Below are positions 27,018 to 35,457 of a DNA stretch of 64,000 nt, piece after piece; within the stretch, counting starts at the first letter, position 1; the number at the start of each line of letters is the position of its first letter. Both the position numbers and the translations under genes were made by a program. The DNA comes from Flavobacteriales bacterium (GTDB lineage Bacteria; Bacteroidota; Bacteroidia; Flavobacteriales_F; PHOS-HE28). The notes under the pieces were generated by a model. The model saw only the letters and a program-made list of their open reading frames with translations, was not told the DNA's origin and did not search any database. The stretch spans positions 1,554,824 to 1,618,823 of the forward strand of contig JADJAA010000001.1 of assembly GCA_016704485.1 (NCBI GenBank). Direction: 5' to 3'.

Positions 27018-28226
27018 TCAATGTTTGGTGATGGTGGTAAATTCCCATTTAGACTGTCCGTTCAGTTCGACTTGTTTGACTTGGCCGGAAACGAGGTCGC
27101 CATCCACAAGGCTGTGTAGTTTTATCAGATCCTTGTTGATGTAGGCATCGCCAGCATGGGCGTAGGTGTTATCGTTGCGTTTCTTGACCACGACGCGGCC
27201 CAGTTCTTTGGTATCACCGTCGAGTAGGGGAACTCCGTCGCTGCCTACCGCTTCCTCGTGTAGCCAGGTTCGGTTCGCCTTGGGGTCTGGATACTTTGCT
27301 GCGAACTTCTTGAACCAGACCAACACGTCCATGAGCTGGAACACGATGGTGCTCAAGAGGTAAGGCGTTACACCATGCTCGTGTAGTGCTTCGAGATTGT
27401 CCAAGCTGTAATTGGAATCCTCAGCGGTCTCGTCCGCATGCGAGCTTTCGCTGGTTACCCGCAGAATATTGTCCAGTGCATCGGCAACGATCCGGGGCAT
27501 CATCGGGCGGTCACACTTCAAGGCCACCGTGGCCGAAGAACGGCTCGGATAAAGCACGCGCTCGCCCCGCAGGAACAGTGCTGACAAGCGTTGGTTGACC
27601 CTCGGCTTTACAAGGACATCGGGTAGTAACCCGTGCCGATGCGCGGCATAGAAGAAGTGCTCCACTACCTGACGCAAAGGATTCATGAATAAGCGATCAC
27701 TACCGGACTTGTCCCCGCGATCCACAAAGCGCAATGCGTCCATGAACATAGGGTCGGCAACGGCATCCAAATAAGGAACTTGGAGCACTGCGAACACATC
27801 GGCATACCTATCACGAAGCGCTTGCTCGTTGCTTCGATCAACAAGGCTCTGTAGTTCCGCGTATAGGTCCTTCTCGTTCCCTTTCAAGTACCGCCGCTCA
27901 TCACGACGGTTCTTTGTTGCACCTTCGTCAAAGCCGGTATTGATCACATACGGAATATGAATGTTCGCTCCTTTCCATTGGTCCAGATCCCTGCGGGCTT
28001 CATGCAGGTGGTCGATGTCCTCGGTGGGTGAATGTTCATCCACCTGCCCTCTGGCATCGAGGATCAAGGCTTTGAAACGCTTTTCTCGGATCGGTTCCTT
28101 AGCCTCGGCCCAGGTCTTGAACCAAGTCACTTCGAAACCGTGCGCGACCGCCTTAGCAATTTGGGCTTTGGCGTATGCTTCATCGTCATCTACTAAGGCG
28201 ATCGGAACCAGGTCAAACAGTGTCAT
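27018..28226 (-). CDS. Receiver (REC)-like domain protein with uncharacterised C-terminal output domain
   Basis: Likely start MTLFDLVPIALVDDDEAYAKA (acidic pair after beta-1). Putative phospho-acceptor Asp in KALILDARG. Thr in IPYVINTGF. The C-terminal ~300 aa are unknown and contain an Rx4H motif (RQVVEH). The start overlaps the stop of the upstream kinase gene by ~14 nt, and the gene ends 13 nt before the hsdM start. Confidence 0.55.
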   Translation of the reverse strand: MTLFDLVPIALVDDDEAYAKAQIAKAVAHGFEVTWFKTWAEAKEPIREKRFKALILDARGQVDEHSPTEDIDHLHEARRDLDQWKGANIHIPYVINTGFDEGATKNRRDERRYLKGNEKDLYAELQSLVDRSNEQALRDRYADVFAVLQVPYLDAVADPMFMDALRFVDRGDKSGSDRLFMNPLRQVVEHFFYAAHRHGLLPDVLVKPRVNQRLSALFLRGERVLYPSRSSATVALKCDRPMMPRIVADALDNILRVTSESSHADETAEDSNYSLDNLEALHEHGVTPYLLSTIVFQLMDVLVWFKKFAAKYPDPKANRTWLHEEAVGSDGVPLLDGDTKELGRVVVKKRNDNTYAHAGDAYINKDLIKLHSLVDGDLVSGQVKQVELNGQSKWEFTTITKH

Positions 28227-30909
28227 GCGAAATGGGAAGGTCAATGGTGAAGTGGACAAACATTTGAGTGGATACAGCTTCCCGGTCAAATGGTATCCAA
28301 TGATTCTCGTCTATACGTTGATCGCGTTCAAAACTCGATCGGTACTTGTCATCGCTCACTGGCAGGTTACCCGACACGAACTTTCCGCCGTGGTTGGCAA
28401 TGATCCGATCGATCAGATAGCCGCCTATGCCATTGCCCTTTTTCATGTCCAGACGCTTGCCAAAGGTGATGAAGTGCTCATGGGTAAAACCTTCCGGAAA
28501 GGGTTTGCCGTTGTTCTCGATGGTGATAACCAATCGCGTTCGTTGAGGTTCAATACGCGTTGATACCCTCACCCGTACGACCAATTGTTCCTGATCCGAT
28601 CGAAGGCCGTGTTTGGCCATATTGATGAACAAGTTCTGGATGACAAGTGCGAACTGTTGTTGATCGACATGTGCGATCACTCCTTCAGTGGTTTCTAGTC
28701 CAGCTTCACATTCGAAAATGACCATAAGCGCTTTCACCTGGTCGGCAAGTCCGCGCAATTCCGTTCGGAACAGTCGACGAAGGTCGATGGGCACTGGTCT
28801 TAGACTCTCCTTATCTGATCGGATCACCGCATTGATCAATTGAAAGAGACCGCGCATGCGATCCAATCCACTATTCATTGTATCTAGGGCGGTGGTGATC
28901 GTAGACTTTTCAACTGGGCCCAAACTGTTGAGTACTGCATGGATCTCGGCCATGGGTTGCTCCAGAAGCGCCACCACCGGGCGGAAGCTGTGCTCCACTG
29001 CACCAAGGATCTGCCACTCATCAGTGGAGAGGCCATGCTGTTTTTCCTGCCTAGCGATCTCCTCCTTCTTCGCCAATAGAATGGATTCCTTCCGTTCGCG
29101 AACAATGCGCAGTTGATCCTTGAGTTCGGGTAAGCGAACCCGAATTCTCAGAACGTCTGCTTTGGCTATGAAAGCGATCGTACTTCCTTGGTGGTATGCG
29201 TCGAGCTGATCTTGGATCGTGGGCGTTCTTAGTTCTGTTGCGAGGTATTCGGTATTAGCACGAGCCGCATCCACACGGAACATGAATACATTGCTTCCCA
29301 CGGCGATCGGTCCATCTACCGGGTCGAATAAGGTCGGCTTCAACTTTCCGCCCACCCGTGCAAGTAGCAGTGCTGGCACATCCAATCTCTTCAGTCCCTT
29401 CTTGACAGAACCGGTTTCATGTTGCCCATCACGCGCCGTGCGCCTCATGTCGAGGACATCCGTTGAAAGCTCGGAGACCTGGAAGAGCGGCAGACCGGCG
29501 AGGTCGCCCATGGAGAGGATATCGTCCGAAAGCACGGTGCCGAGTTCAACCACGTCCACACCATCCGCTTCGGCCACGATATGGGCTTGTTGAAGCAGGC
29601 TGGCAAACCGACTCATGCTCCAAGACACATGCTCGTCGGAACGGATGTCAGAAACCTTCACGTCCAAAACACCTTGTAAGGTATAAGTGCTATCCAACGC
29701 CTGCAGCACGCTGCTAACATCGAGTGTTATTTCGGATCGCGTCTTGTATGTGACATGCAAACCCGCATCCACGAATCGGACAGGCGCATTCGTTGGCCGT
29801 GATCCATTCAAAACAATGATCGAGGTCTTTATCCCTGAGTAGGGTGTGAAGGATCCTGCTGGCAACGAGATCACTGCTTCGAGCAACCCTAGGTCAAGAA
29901 TCTGTTTGCGTAGATGCGCTCTGTTGATGCCGAACAACATACTCTCGGGCACAAGGATCACCGCCTTCCCCTCGGGTGCAAGCCGCTTGAGGATCTGGTT
30001 GATCGCTATCTCATAGGGTTCTATCGCGCGTAGCCTTCCTTCCTCTTTCACTCGACCACCGAAAGGTGGTGCACTAATGCAATGCGTATACTTCTTGTTG
30101 GAAGCACCGGGTGCTGATGGTTCGTTCAAGGCGGCGTTCAGGTCTGCCCCGAGAATACGTGCTTGCAGCGTATTGAAGAAGAATGCGAATTGGTTGAAGA
30201 ATACCGCGTCGAGCTTTACAGAATGTGGCGCACGCGCTGCGAGCACTGCTGGCAATACGCTCGCATCCGCAGCTGGGTCGAATACCTCTTCCACGTCTCC
30301 GAGCAGCCGCGCCATAAGCATTGCAACGGACCATGGCGTACAGAACTGGCCCATGTGACTATCGCGCAAGAGGAGGCTACGCATTTCTTCCACATACTCG
30401 ATCGGTTCCAAACCCGCTGATGCCATGAGAAAAAGCTCAGTTTGTACTGGGCTTGTTGCCAGTGCGCCGCCATTTTTAAGAAGATACGAATGCTGCTCCC
30501 CAAAGTCCTTAAACTCCTCTGCCAATTCATTCAAGGTGGACCATAATCCTTCTCCTCTTTGAGCGATCGTAGGCAACACTCCTGCTGGGCGCACGGCCAA
30601 GGCATAAATGAGTGCCAGCTCCAAGCCAACGGTCTGCGCGAAGGGCATGGATCGTAGCGCATTGCGCAATTCCCATGCGTGGGCCTGAAAAAAACGGACC
30701 CGGTTCAACATACGTTCTGGATCCAACTGTAAACTACCGTCATCGGATATACTAACACGCCCACCAGACAACTCCACCTCAGCAAGCAAGCTCGATGGCT
30801 CAACGTCCTTCTGGCTCAATAAGACCTTGACGATATTACAGACACCCTCCAAAGTATCCGAGCCGTTCTTCAGGCGAAGGGCACATATTATGGCGTCTAT
30901 CAGTTTCAT
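28213..30909 (-). CDS. Fusion protein: degenerate N6-adenine MTase-like domain + HsdS-like TRD + histidine kinase (HisKA + HATPase_c)
   Basis: MTase fold present: GQFCTPWSVAMLMARLLG...VFDPAADASVL (the glycine-rich SAM loop is degenerate) and ISAPPFGG (motif IV with Asn/Asp replaced by Ala). TRD-like stretch: VGSNVFMFRVD...STIAFIAKADVLRIRVRLP. H-box: AVEHSFRPVVALL. N box: VIQNLFINMAKHG. G boxes: IENNGKPFP and GNGIGGYLIDRIIANHGG. Confidence 0.75.
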   Translation of the reverse strand: MKLIDAIICALRLKNGSDTLEGVCNIVKVLLSQKDVEPSSLLAEVELSGGRVSISDDGSLQLDPERMLNRVRFFQAHAWELRNALRSMPFAQTVGLELALIYALAVRPAGVLPTIAQRGEGLWSTLNELAEEFKDFGEQHSYLLKNGGALATSPVQTELFLMASAGLEPIEYVEEMRSLLLRDSHMGQFCTPWSVAMLMARLLGDVEEVFDPAADASVLPAVLAARAPHSVKLDAVFFNQFAFFFNTLQARILGADLNAALNEPSAPGASNKKYTHCISAPPFGGRVKEEGRLRAIEPYEIAINQILKRLAPEGKAVILVPESMLFGINRAHLRKQILDLGLLEAVISLPAGSFTPYSGIKTSIIVLNGSRPTNAPVRFVDAGLHVTYKTRSEITLDVSSVLQALDSTYTLQGVLDVKVSDIRSDEHVSWSMSRFASLLQQAHIVAEADGVDVVELGTVLSDDILSMGDLAGLPLFQVSELSTDVLDMRRTARDGQHETGSVKKGLKRLDVPALLLARVGGKLKPTLFDPVDGPIAVGSNVFMFRVDAARANTEYLATELRTPTIQDQLDAYHQGSTIAFIAKADVLRIRVRLPELKDQLRIVRERKESILLAKKEEIARQEKQHGLSTDEWQILGAVEHSFRPVVALLEQPMAEIHAVLNSLGPVEKSTITTALDTMNSGLDRMRGLFQLINAVIRSDKESLRPVPIDLRRLFRTELRGLADQVKALMVIFECEAGLETTEGVIAHVDQQQFALVIQNLFINMAKHGLRSDQEQLVVRVRVSTRIEPQRTRLVITIENNGKPFPEGFTHEHFITFGKRLDMKKGNGIGGYLIDRIIANHGGKFVSGNLPVSDDKYRSSFERDQRIDENHWIPFDREAVSTQMFVHFTIDLPISHDTV

Positions 30910-30971
30910 GCAACGGGGGTCAAAGTAAGCGGTGGAGGGTTATGGTGTAGATGTGTTTGCAGGTTATGATC

Positions 30972-32234
30972 TCAAGCGACTTTCTCCAGTCGGTTTGTCG
31001 GCAGAAGTTGGGCAGCCATACGATCCATGACCTCCCATTCCGGACGTGTGTACGAGTTGCTCTCCGTGACCACCGGGATCCTGAATTCGCCCATGGCATC
31101 CTCGCGCATAGCCCATTGATCCTTCTGGTCGTAGAGCTTTGTTCCGGGCAAAAGCATCAGCGGCCAAGCCTTAACGTCCCTGCAGCCTTTGGATAAGAGG
31201 TGGTCGATACTACGCTGGAAACTTTCCAAGGTCTGTCCGGGCAACCCGTAGATCAAACTCACTTCGAAAGGAATCTCGCGCTCCACAAGCTGTTCAATAG
31301 CAGCATCGACAAGATCCATCCGATTGGCGCGGTCAATTTTCTTGGACACTGCATGGTCCGTGGTCTGCAACCCGAACTCCAAGTGGAAGTTGGCTTGCGT
31401 ACAAAGGTCCAGGAATGCATTAACCTGTTGGCCTCGGATATTCTCAAAGCGCGATTGCAGGGTGAAGGTGGAGCGCGTACGGAGTTGAACGATCTCTTGC
31501 ATTATATCCAGGCACTCCTTCCCAGCGTTGAAGATGGGGTCGAGTATGTTCACGCGTTGCACACGATGTTCAGTGAGAAATGCTAACTCTTTAAAGACTT
31601 TATCCAGTGGGTGCTTATGCACGCGGTGAGTGGCGAGGTCGCGGTGTGCGCAAAATGAACACCGGTAGGGGCAGCCGCGTTTGGTCTCCAACCGTACCAT
31701 ACCGGCTCCCATTGGTACAGGCAATTCGCCAGTGAGATACGGTGAGGCCAGTTGTGTGAAGTCCACTGGTACGTTCACGAACACGGGTTCGTCGGCATCG
31801 AGATGGTCCGTCAATTCGGCAAAGGCTTGTTCGGCTTGTCCGGAGATGAAGACCTGGCAATCCGGATACCGACGCAGCAATTCTGCTCGGTTCCCGTAGG
31901 TGACTTGATACCCTCCGAGGACCACCTTGCCAAGGAACCCAAGACGACGAAGCAATGCGATGATGCCATTGGTGAGGTACTCGTTCCAGATGTAAGCCGA
32001 GAGCGCGATGGCGTTAAAGCGGCTCACATCAAGCGCCGCGAGTTGCACTTCGAATTGCTCGGGTGTGGCCGTGCCGCCGTGTTCGAGCATGTTGATCGAG
32101 AGGTGTTCCACGTGCATCTGTCCACGCAGCCGTTCATTACTCCGTTGGTGTGCCAAGAGAGATGCGATCGCCAAGGGCTTGGTGATCTCACCGTGCCGGA
32201 TCAGGTCGAAGGATATGATGAGCGTGTTCGTCAT
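30972..32234 (-). CDS. B12-binding-domain radical SAM protein
   Basis: N-terminal cobalamin-binding-like Rossmann region followed by a radical SAM cluster motif (MVRLETKRGCPYRCSFCAHR). The ~420 aa are counted from the probable start MTNTLIISFDL. Confidence 0.8.
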   Translation of the reverse strand: MTNTLIISFDLIRHGEITKPLAIASLLAHQRSNERLRGQMHVEHLSINMLEHGGTATPEQFEVQLAALDVSRFNAIALSAYIWNEYLTNGIIALLRRLGFLGKVVLGGYQVTYGNRAELLRRYPDCQVFISGQAEQAFAELTDHLDADEPVFVNVPVDFTQLASPYLTGELPVPMGAGMVRLETKRGCPYRCSFCAHRDLATHRVHKHPLDKVFKELAFLTEHRVQRVNILDPIFNAGKECLDIMQEIVQLRTRSTFTLQSRFENIRGQQVNAFLDLCTQANFHLEFGLQTTDHAVSKKIDRANRMDLVDAAIEQLVEREIPFEVSLIYGLPGQTLESFQRSIDHLLSKGCRDVKAWPLMLLPGTKLYDQKDQWAMREDAMGEFRIPVVTESNSYTRPEWEVMDRMAAQLLPTNRLEKVA

Positions 32235-32343
32235 TGGTCCTCGCCACCAAGGGTCTATATGGTTGGATAATCGCTCAACCAACGAACTTCCCTATGGCAA
32301 CGGACCAAAAGTCCCGGTCACCTGTGCAGTCTATCTGCACAGT

Positions 32344-33354
32344 TCATTTCGCGTAGTTCTTCTTCATTTCCATCACCCGCAAAAGCAGCGCTTGGCGTAG
32401 TTCTTCCGGCGCAATAACCTGTAGCCCTTCTCCATAAGATAACAACAAGGCTTGTAGCTCGTAGTTCAGCTTCACTTCTAAACGAATAGTCGCGCCGCCG
32501 TCTTTTCTCTTCACTACTTTCTGCGAACCGTGTATAGGCTTTGACTCCAAATAAGGCCAAAGTCTATCCGTGACTTGGATCTTGACAACAACAGCTTCTT
32601 GATCCGCAGGTACACTTACACCAACAACATCCTCAAAATACTCCGTGAAATCCACCTCATCGTTCGGTATGTATTTCACCTTACTGGGTACAATATCCCG
32701 GATCCGGTCCAAGGCCATATTGACAATACGCCCCTCTTCCTCAAGACCAAAAACAAACCAACGGTTGTTATACTGTTTCAAGTAATACGGATGGAGCAAC
32801 ACAATGCTAGGCGCATTTTGCTTGAAGCCTTGGTAAGATATTTCCAAGGCTTGCTCATTGATGATCGAATGAAATAATGTGGTAATGTGCTCGGCACCTT
32901 TCAAATACGGGTTCTGCTCAAACTCGATGACCTGAGCAGCCCCTTGTTTCAGCCCGAAACCAGCTTCCAACCGAGCAACTAATTCATCTACCCATTCAAA
33001 CTGCGGCATGCCCTTAAATCGGCTCAGCGTTAAGAGCGCCTCCTTCAATTGTTCCGCTTCGCTCTCGTTCAGCGGTCGCTTGTTGATAGAGAATTCAAGG
33101 TCACTGTACCGGTAAAAAGTACGCTTTCCGTCTTTGTGTTTCTCCAGCGGGATAGCCCATCCTTGTTCGCTCTCCATGTACTTGATGTCCTCGAAAACTT
33201 GGCGGCGGCTGATGCTTGCACCTGCTCCGGTGAACTCCTCCAACGCCATGTTGCAAGCTTCCATCAGGTCTTCGATGAAATACTCGCGCCCACGGTTCGC
33301 AAAGCAACGGTCCATTGTCTGATAGCGAATAAGGGCATTCTTATTTACGGGCAT
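32344..33354 (-). CDS. WYL-domain transcriptional regulator (wHTH-WYL; BrxR/CapW-like)
   Basis: The ~336-aa size and architecture match BrxR/CapW regulators. The WYL-like core is LLHPYYLKQYNNRWFVFG, with an N-terminal HTH region. It sits at the head of a same-strand defence gene block. Confidence 0.65.
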   Translation of the reverse strand: MPVNKNALIRYQTMDRCFANRGREYFIEDLMEACNMALEEFTGAGASISRRQVFEDIKYMESEQGWAIPLEKHKDGKRTFYRYSDLEFSINKRPLNESEAEQLKEALLTLSRFKGMPQFEWVDELVARLEAGFGLKQGAAQVIEFEQNPYLKGAEHITTLFHSIINEQALEISYQGFKQNAPSIVLLHPYYLKQYNNRWFVFGLEEEGRIVNMALDRIRDIVPSKVKYIPNDEVDFTEYFEDVVGVSVPADQEAVVVKIQVTDRLWPYLESKPIHGSQKVVKRKDGGATIRLEVKLNYELQALLLSYGEGLQVIAPEELRQALLLRVMEMKKNYAK

Positions 33355-33493
33355 CTCGGGTGGCTGAAATTAGGGCTGAACGGTGTTACCAGCCTCGTCT
33401 TTTATGGTCCTTCAGAAATACAAAAAACGGACTAATGCTTCTGCGCTCACTTTTCAAAAATCAATTGCATAGAGCAAATTAATCTTCCGCTGC

Positions 33494-33895
33494 CAGCTGG
33501 GTGGTAACCTGCACCAAGCTTGATGGTACCACACACCAAGCTTAGTGGTACCCTGTGCCAAGCTTAGTGGTACCTTGCACTAAGCTTGATGGTACCCTGC
33601 ACTAAGCTTAGTGGTACCCTGCACTAAGCTTAGTGGTACTCTGCACTAAGCTTAATGGTACCCTGCACCCAGTTGGGTGGTACCCTCCACCCAGCAGGGT
33701 GGTACCCTGCACCCAGTTGGGTGGTACCCTGCACTAAGCTTAGTGGTACCCTGCACTAAGCTTAGTGGTACTCTGCACTAAGCTTAATGGTACCCTGCAC
33801 CCAGTTGGGTGGTACCCTGCACCCAGTTGGGTGGTACCCTGCACCCAGTTGGGTGGTACCCCGCACTAAACTTAATGGTACCCGACACCAAGCTC
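33494..33895. repeat. 22-bp tandem repeat array (~18 units) with two unit types and a 6-unit higher-order repeat
   Basis: Unit T1 is ctgcactaagcttagtggtacc and contains palindromes ACTAAGCTTAGT and GGTACC. Unit T2 is ctgcacccagttgggtggtacc. The pattern (T1 T1 T1' T2 T2' T2) occurs twice. No ORF is present. Confidence 0.9.
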
Positions 33896-33983
33896 AATAG
33901 TGCATTCCATTGATCTTGAGGGAGTTCACCTGAACCAGCATTGCGCTTGTGCCTCGGGAACTTGAGGAAGTAAAAGGTGAAAT

Positions 33984-34206
33984 GGTCCGCTATCTATACC
34001 ATACTACTATAGGGCACATTGAACCTTAGTCTGGACTTCCGCCTTCGGAACTGCATTCGCTGCCAGATGATCATTGGGGTGCAATTATCCCAAACCTATA
34101 CCATATTACTATAGGGGGCATAAGCCTCCATCTCCGGCTCGTGAACTTTGGAGGTAAAGATGGTGTGATTTGACCTACTACCTATACCATATTACTATAT
34201 GGTGCT
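33984..34206. promoter_or_regulatory. Three dispersed copies of a ~21-bp dyad-symmetric site (cCTATAccatattacTATAGGg) spaced ~90-110 bp apart
   Basis: Copies at ~33986-34008, ~34094-34116 and ~34182-34204. The 6-bp inverted arms CCTATA/TATAGG are operator-like. Confidence 0.5.
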
Positions 34207-34287
34207 TTGCACCGTGCGCCTCGTGGTGCACACTTGTGGTTCAGAACTGCTTCATGTAGGCCTGGTGCAAGAGGCTGTATTTGTTCC

Positions 34288-34750
34288 ATTGGTACATGGC
34301 CTTGTCCCGTAAGTACATGTACTTGTGCCTTTGGTACATGTACTTGTCCCGTGAGTACATGTACTTGTCCCGTAAGTGCATGTACTTGTCCCGTGAGTAC
34401 ATGTACTTGTCCCGTGAGTACATGTACTTGTCCCGTAAGTACATGTACTTGTCCCGTAAGTACATGTACTTGTGCCGTTGGTACATGTACTTGTCCCGTA
34501 AGTACATGTACTTGTGCCGTTGGTACATGTACTTGTGCCGTTGGTACATGTACTTGTGCCGTGAGTACATGTACTTGTGCCGTGAGTACATGTACTTGTC
34601 CCGTAAGTACATGTACTTGTGCCGTTGGTACATGTACTTGTCCCGTAAGTACATGTACTTGTCCCGTAAGTACATGTACTTGTCCCGTAAGTACATGTAC
34701 TTGTCCCGTAAGTACATGTACTTGTGCCGTGAGTATGTGTACCTGTACCA
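34288..34750. repeat. 21-bp tandem repeat array (~22 units) built around the perfect palindrome GTACATGTAC
   Basis: Units are cccgt(a/g)agtacatgtacttgt and gccgttggtacatgtacttgt. All six frames are open across the array because the period is 21. Confidence 0.9.
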
Positions 34751-35352
34751 TGTGTAACGATACTTCAAGTTACAGTACACTTACTTGATACAGAGGTGCT
34801 TATGCCATTGCGTGGGGTATGCCTGCTTGTAACACGGGGACTGATAACCCACTCAGCGTCAGGCGTAAAGAGTGATCCGAACGTTGCCCGTGCTGCATAA
34901 CCCATCCTCGAGCGGCCGCGTGCGGGCTACAGTAAATGAAAAGAACCCCGGCCAGTTGTGCTAGGATTCTTCCGTTCGGGGATGGTGTATGAGTGGCAGG
35001 GTCGTCTGCTATGCGGCAGACTGACCCTGAGCGGGTTTAAAAATGCGCCGCTGCACTACGCAATGGGTAGCGGATGCGCAGTTCGCTTACCTGGTGGACC
35101 CCGCATCGCCCGAAGCGGAACTTCCGCACAAAGCAACCCTCTTGGTGCACTGCCCGGAACGCGGCGAGATCCGGCTGAATATATTGTCCAACGGTTCCAT
35201 CGCCGAACTACAGTTCACGGACTGCTATGAACCGATGTCCAGAACCACCAGCATAGCAGAAGAATCCGATCCGATGTCTCCTTTTACCGTGGTACATCGG
35301 CATTGGGATCACGGCAGTGAGGTGTAGGTGTGCCCCTCATTTGAATGGAACG

Positions 35353-35392
35353 ACCCCGCTGTTTTTGCTGGGTCGTTTTTTTTGCTGGGGGG
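35353..35392 (+). terminator. Rho-independent terminator (plus strand)
   Basis: acgaccc-cgctgtttttgct-gggtcgt stem-loop followed by T8. Confidence 0.5.
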
Positions 35393-35457
35393 CGCGAGAG
35401 ACGAGCTTCCATTCTTGCAGACCATGGATCAATGGGCATTGGATGGAATGTAAATTG

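Noticed and set aside
26195-27031. 278-aa plus-strand ORF over hsdM
   Set aside because: Antisense to hsdM, whose motifs are intact. This is a typical high-GC shadow ORF.
33494-34750. CRISPR array
   Set aside because: Both arrays are pure tandem repeats with no unique spacers. Their periods are 22 and 21 bp, and no cas genes are nearby.
34182-34788. Four overlapping ORFs (both strands) predicted across the 21-bp array
   Set aside because: These are an artefact of a 3n-period repeat with no stops in any frame. There is no start context, and the peptides would be pure heptad repeats.
34870-35350. tmRNA / RNase P / SRP RNA
   Set aside because: None of the conserved motifs of these RNAs (tag-ORF, GGAAAGUCCGG-type P4, SRP domain IV) could be recognised by eye.
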